Made by a program: the position numbers and the translations under genes
Part shown: positions 63,936-64,000 of the stretch, one piece after another
Layout: every line of letters begins with the position of its first letter
Numbering within the stretch: position 1 is the stretch's first letter
The notes under the pieces: generated by a model
Told to the model about the DNA's origin: nothing
The model's database searches: none
What the model saw: only the letters and a program-made list of their open reading frames with translations
DNA from: a virus
Lineage: Duplodnaviria > Caudoviricetes
Virus record (IMG/VR): IMGVR_UViG_3300041409_000610
Location: 1 to 64,000 of that record
DNA: 64,000 bases
Direction: 5' to 3' (one strand)

Positions 63936-64000
63936 CGGCAACGGATGAGCGGCCCATCTGGAGTGACGAGGAACCCGAGGAAAACGATCTCTTCGACAGC
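63932..64000 (+). CDS. 5' end of the next gene, truncated by the window edge
   Basis: GGAGGAGG RBS, GTGA overlap, open to the window end. Confidence 0.6.
   Translation, partial: MTATDERPIWSDEEPEENDLFDS

Overview
The whole window is one large, GC-rich actinobacteriophage (or phage-plasmid/prophage) with a contractile tail. Gene order and motifs resemble the large actinobacterial myoviruses of the Bxz1/Myrna/E3 type; this is from recall, not a search. From left to right: a membrane/collagen-like cluster (0.6-2.5 kb); a head module with maturation protease, an embedded glycosylase-like gene, scaffold, decoration protein and major capsid (2.5-9 kb); neck/fibre genes with an inserted Fet4-like permease (9-16 kb); sheath, tube, -1 frameshifted chaperone, tape measure, baseplate and fibres (16-37 kb); a minus-strand HTH-initiator-DnaC-DinG operon with an iteron origin inside the initiator gene (37-41 kb); a peptidase-glycoside hydrolase-holin lysis cassette (41-44 kb); and a replication/recombination arm with SNF2 helicase, 5'-3' exonuclease, DnaB, primase, J-like protein, SSB, DnaE, RecA, resolvases, Cas4-like nuclease and a sigma-r4/HNH-like fusion (44-64 kb). 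The main signal not explained by the ORF track is a bipartite motif, (C/G)CTGYY-N18-20-SCCAA-N3-RYR. It occurs ten times, nearly always just upstream of structural or lysis genes, and is a candidate phage-specific late promoter. Product calls rest on recognised motifs and synteny. I saw no tRNA, rRNA, CRISPR array, integrase or intein.
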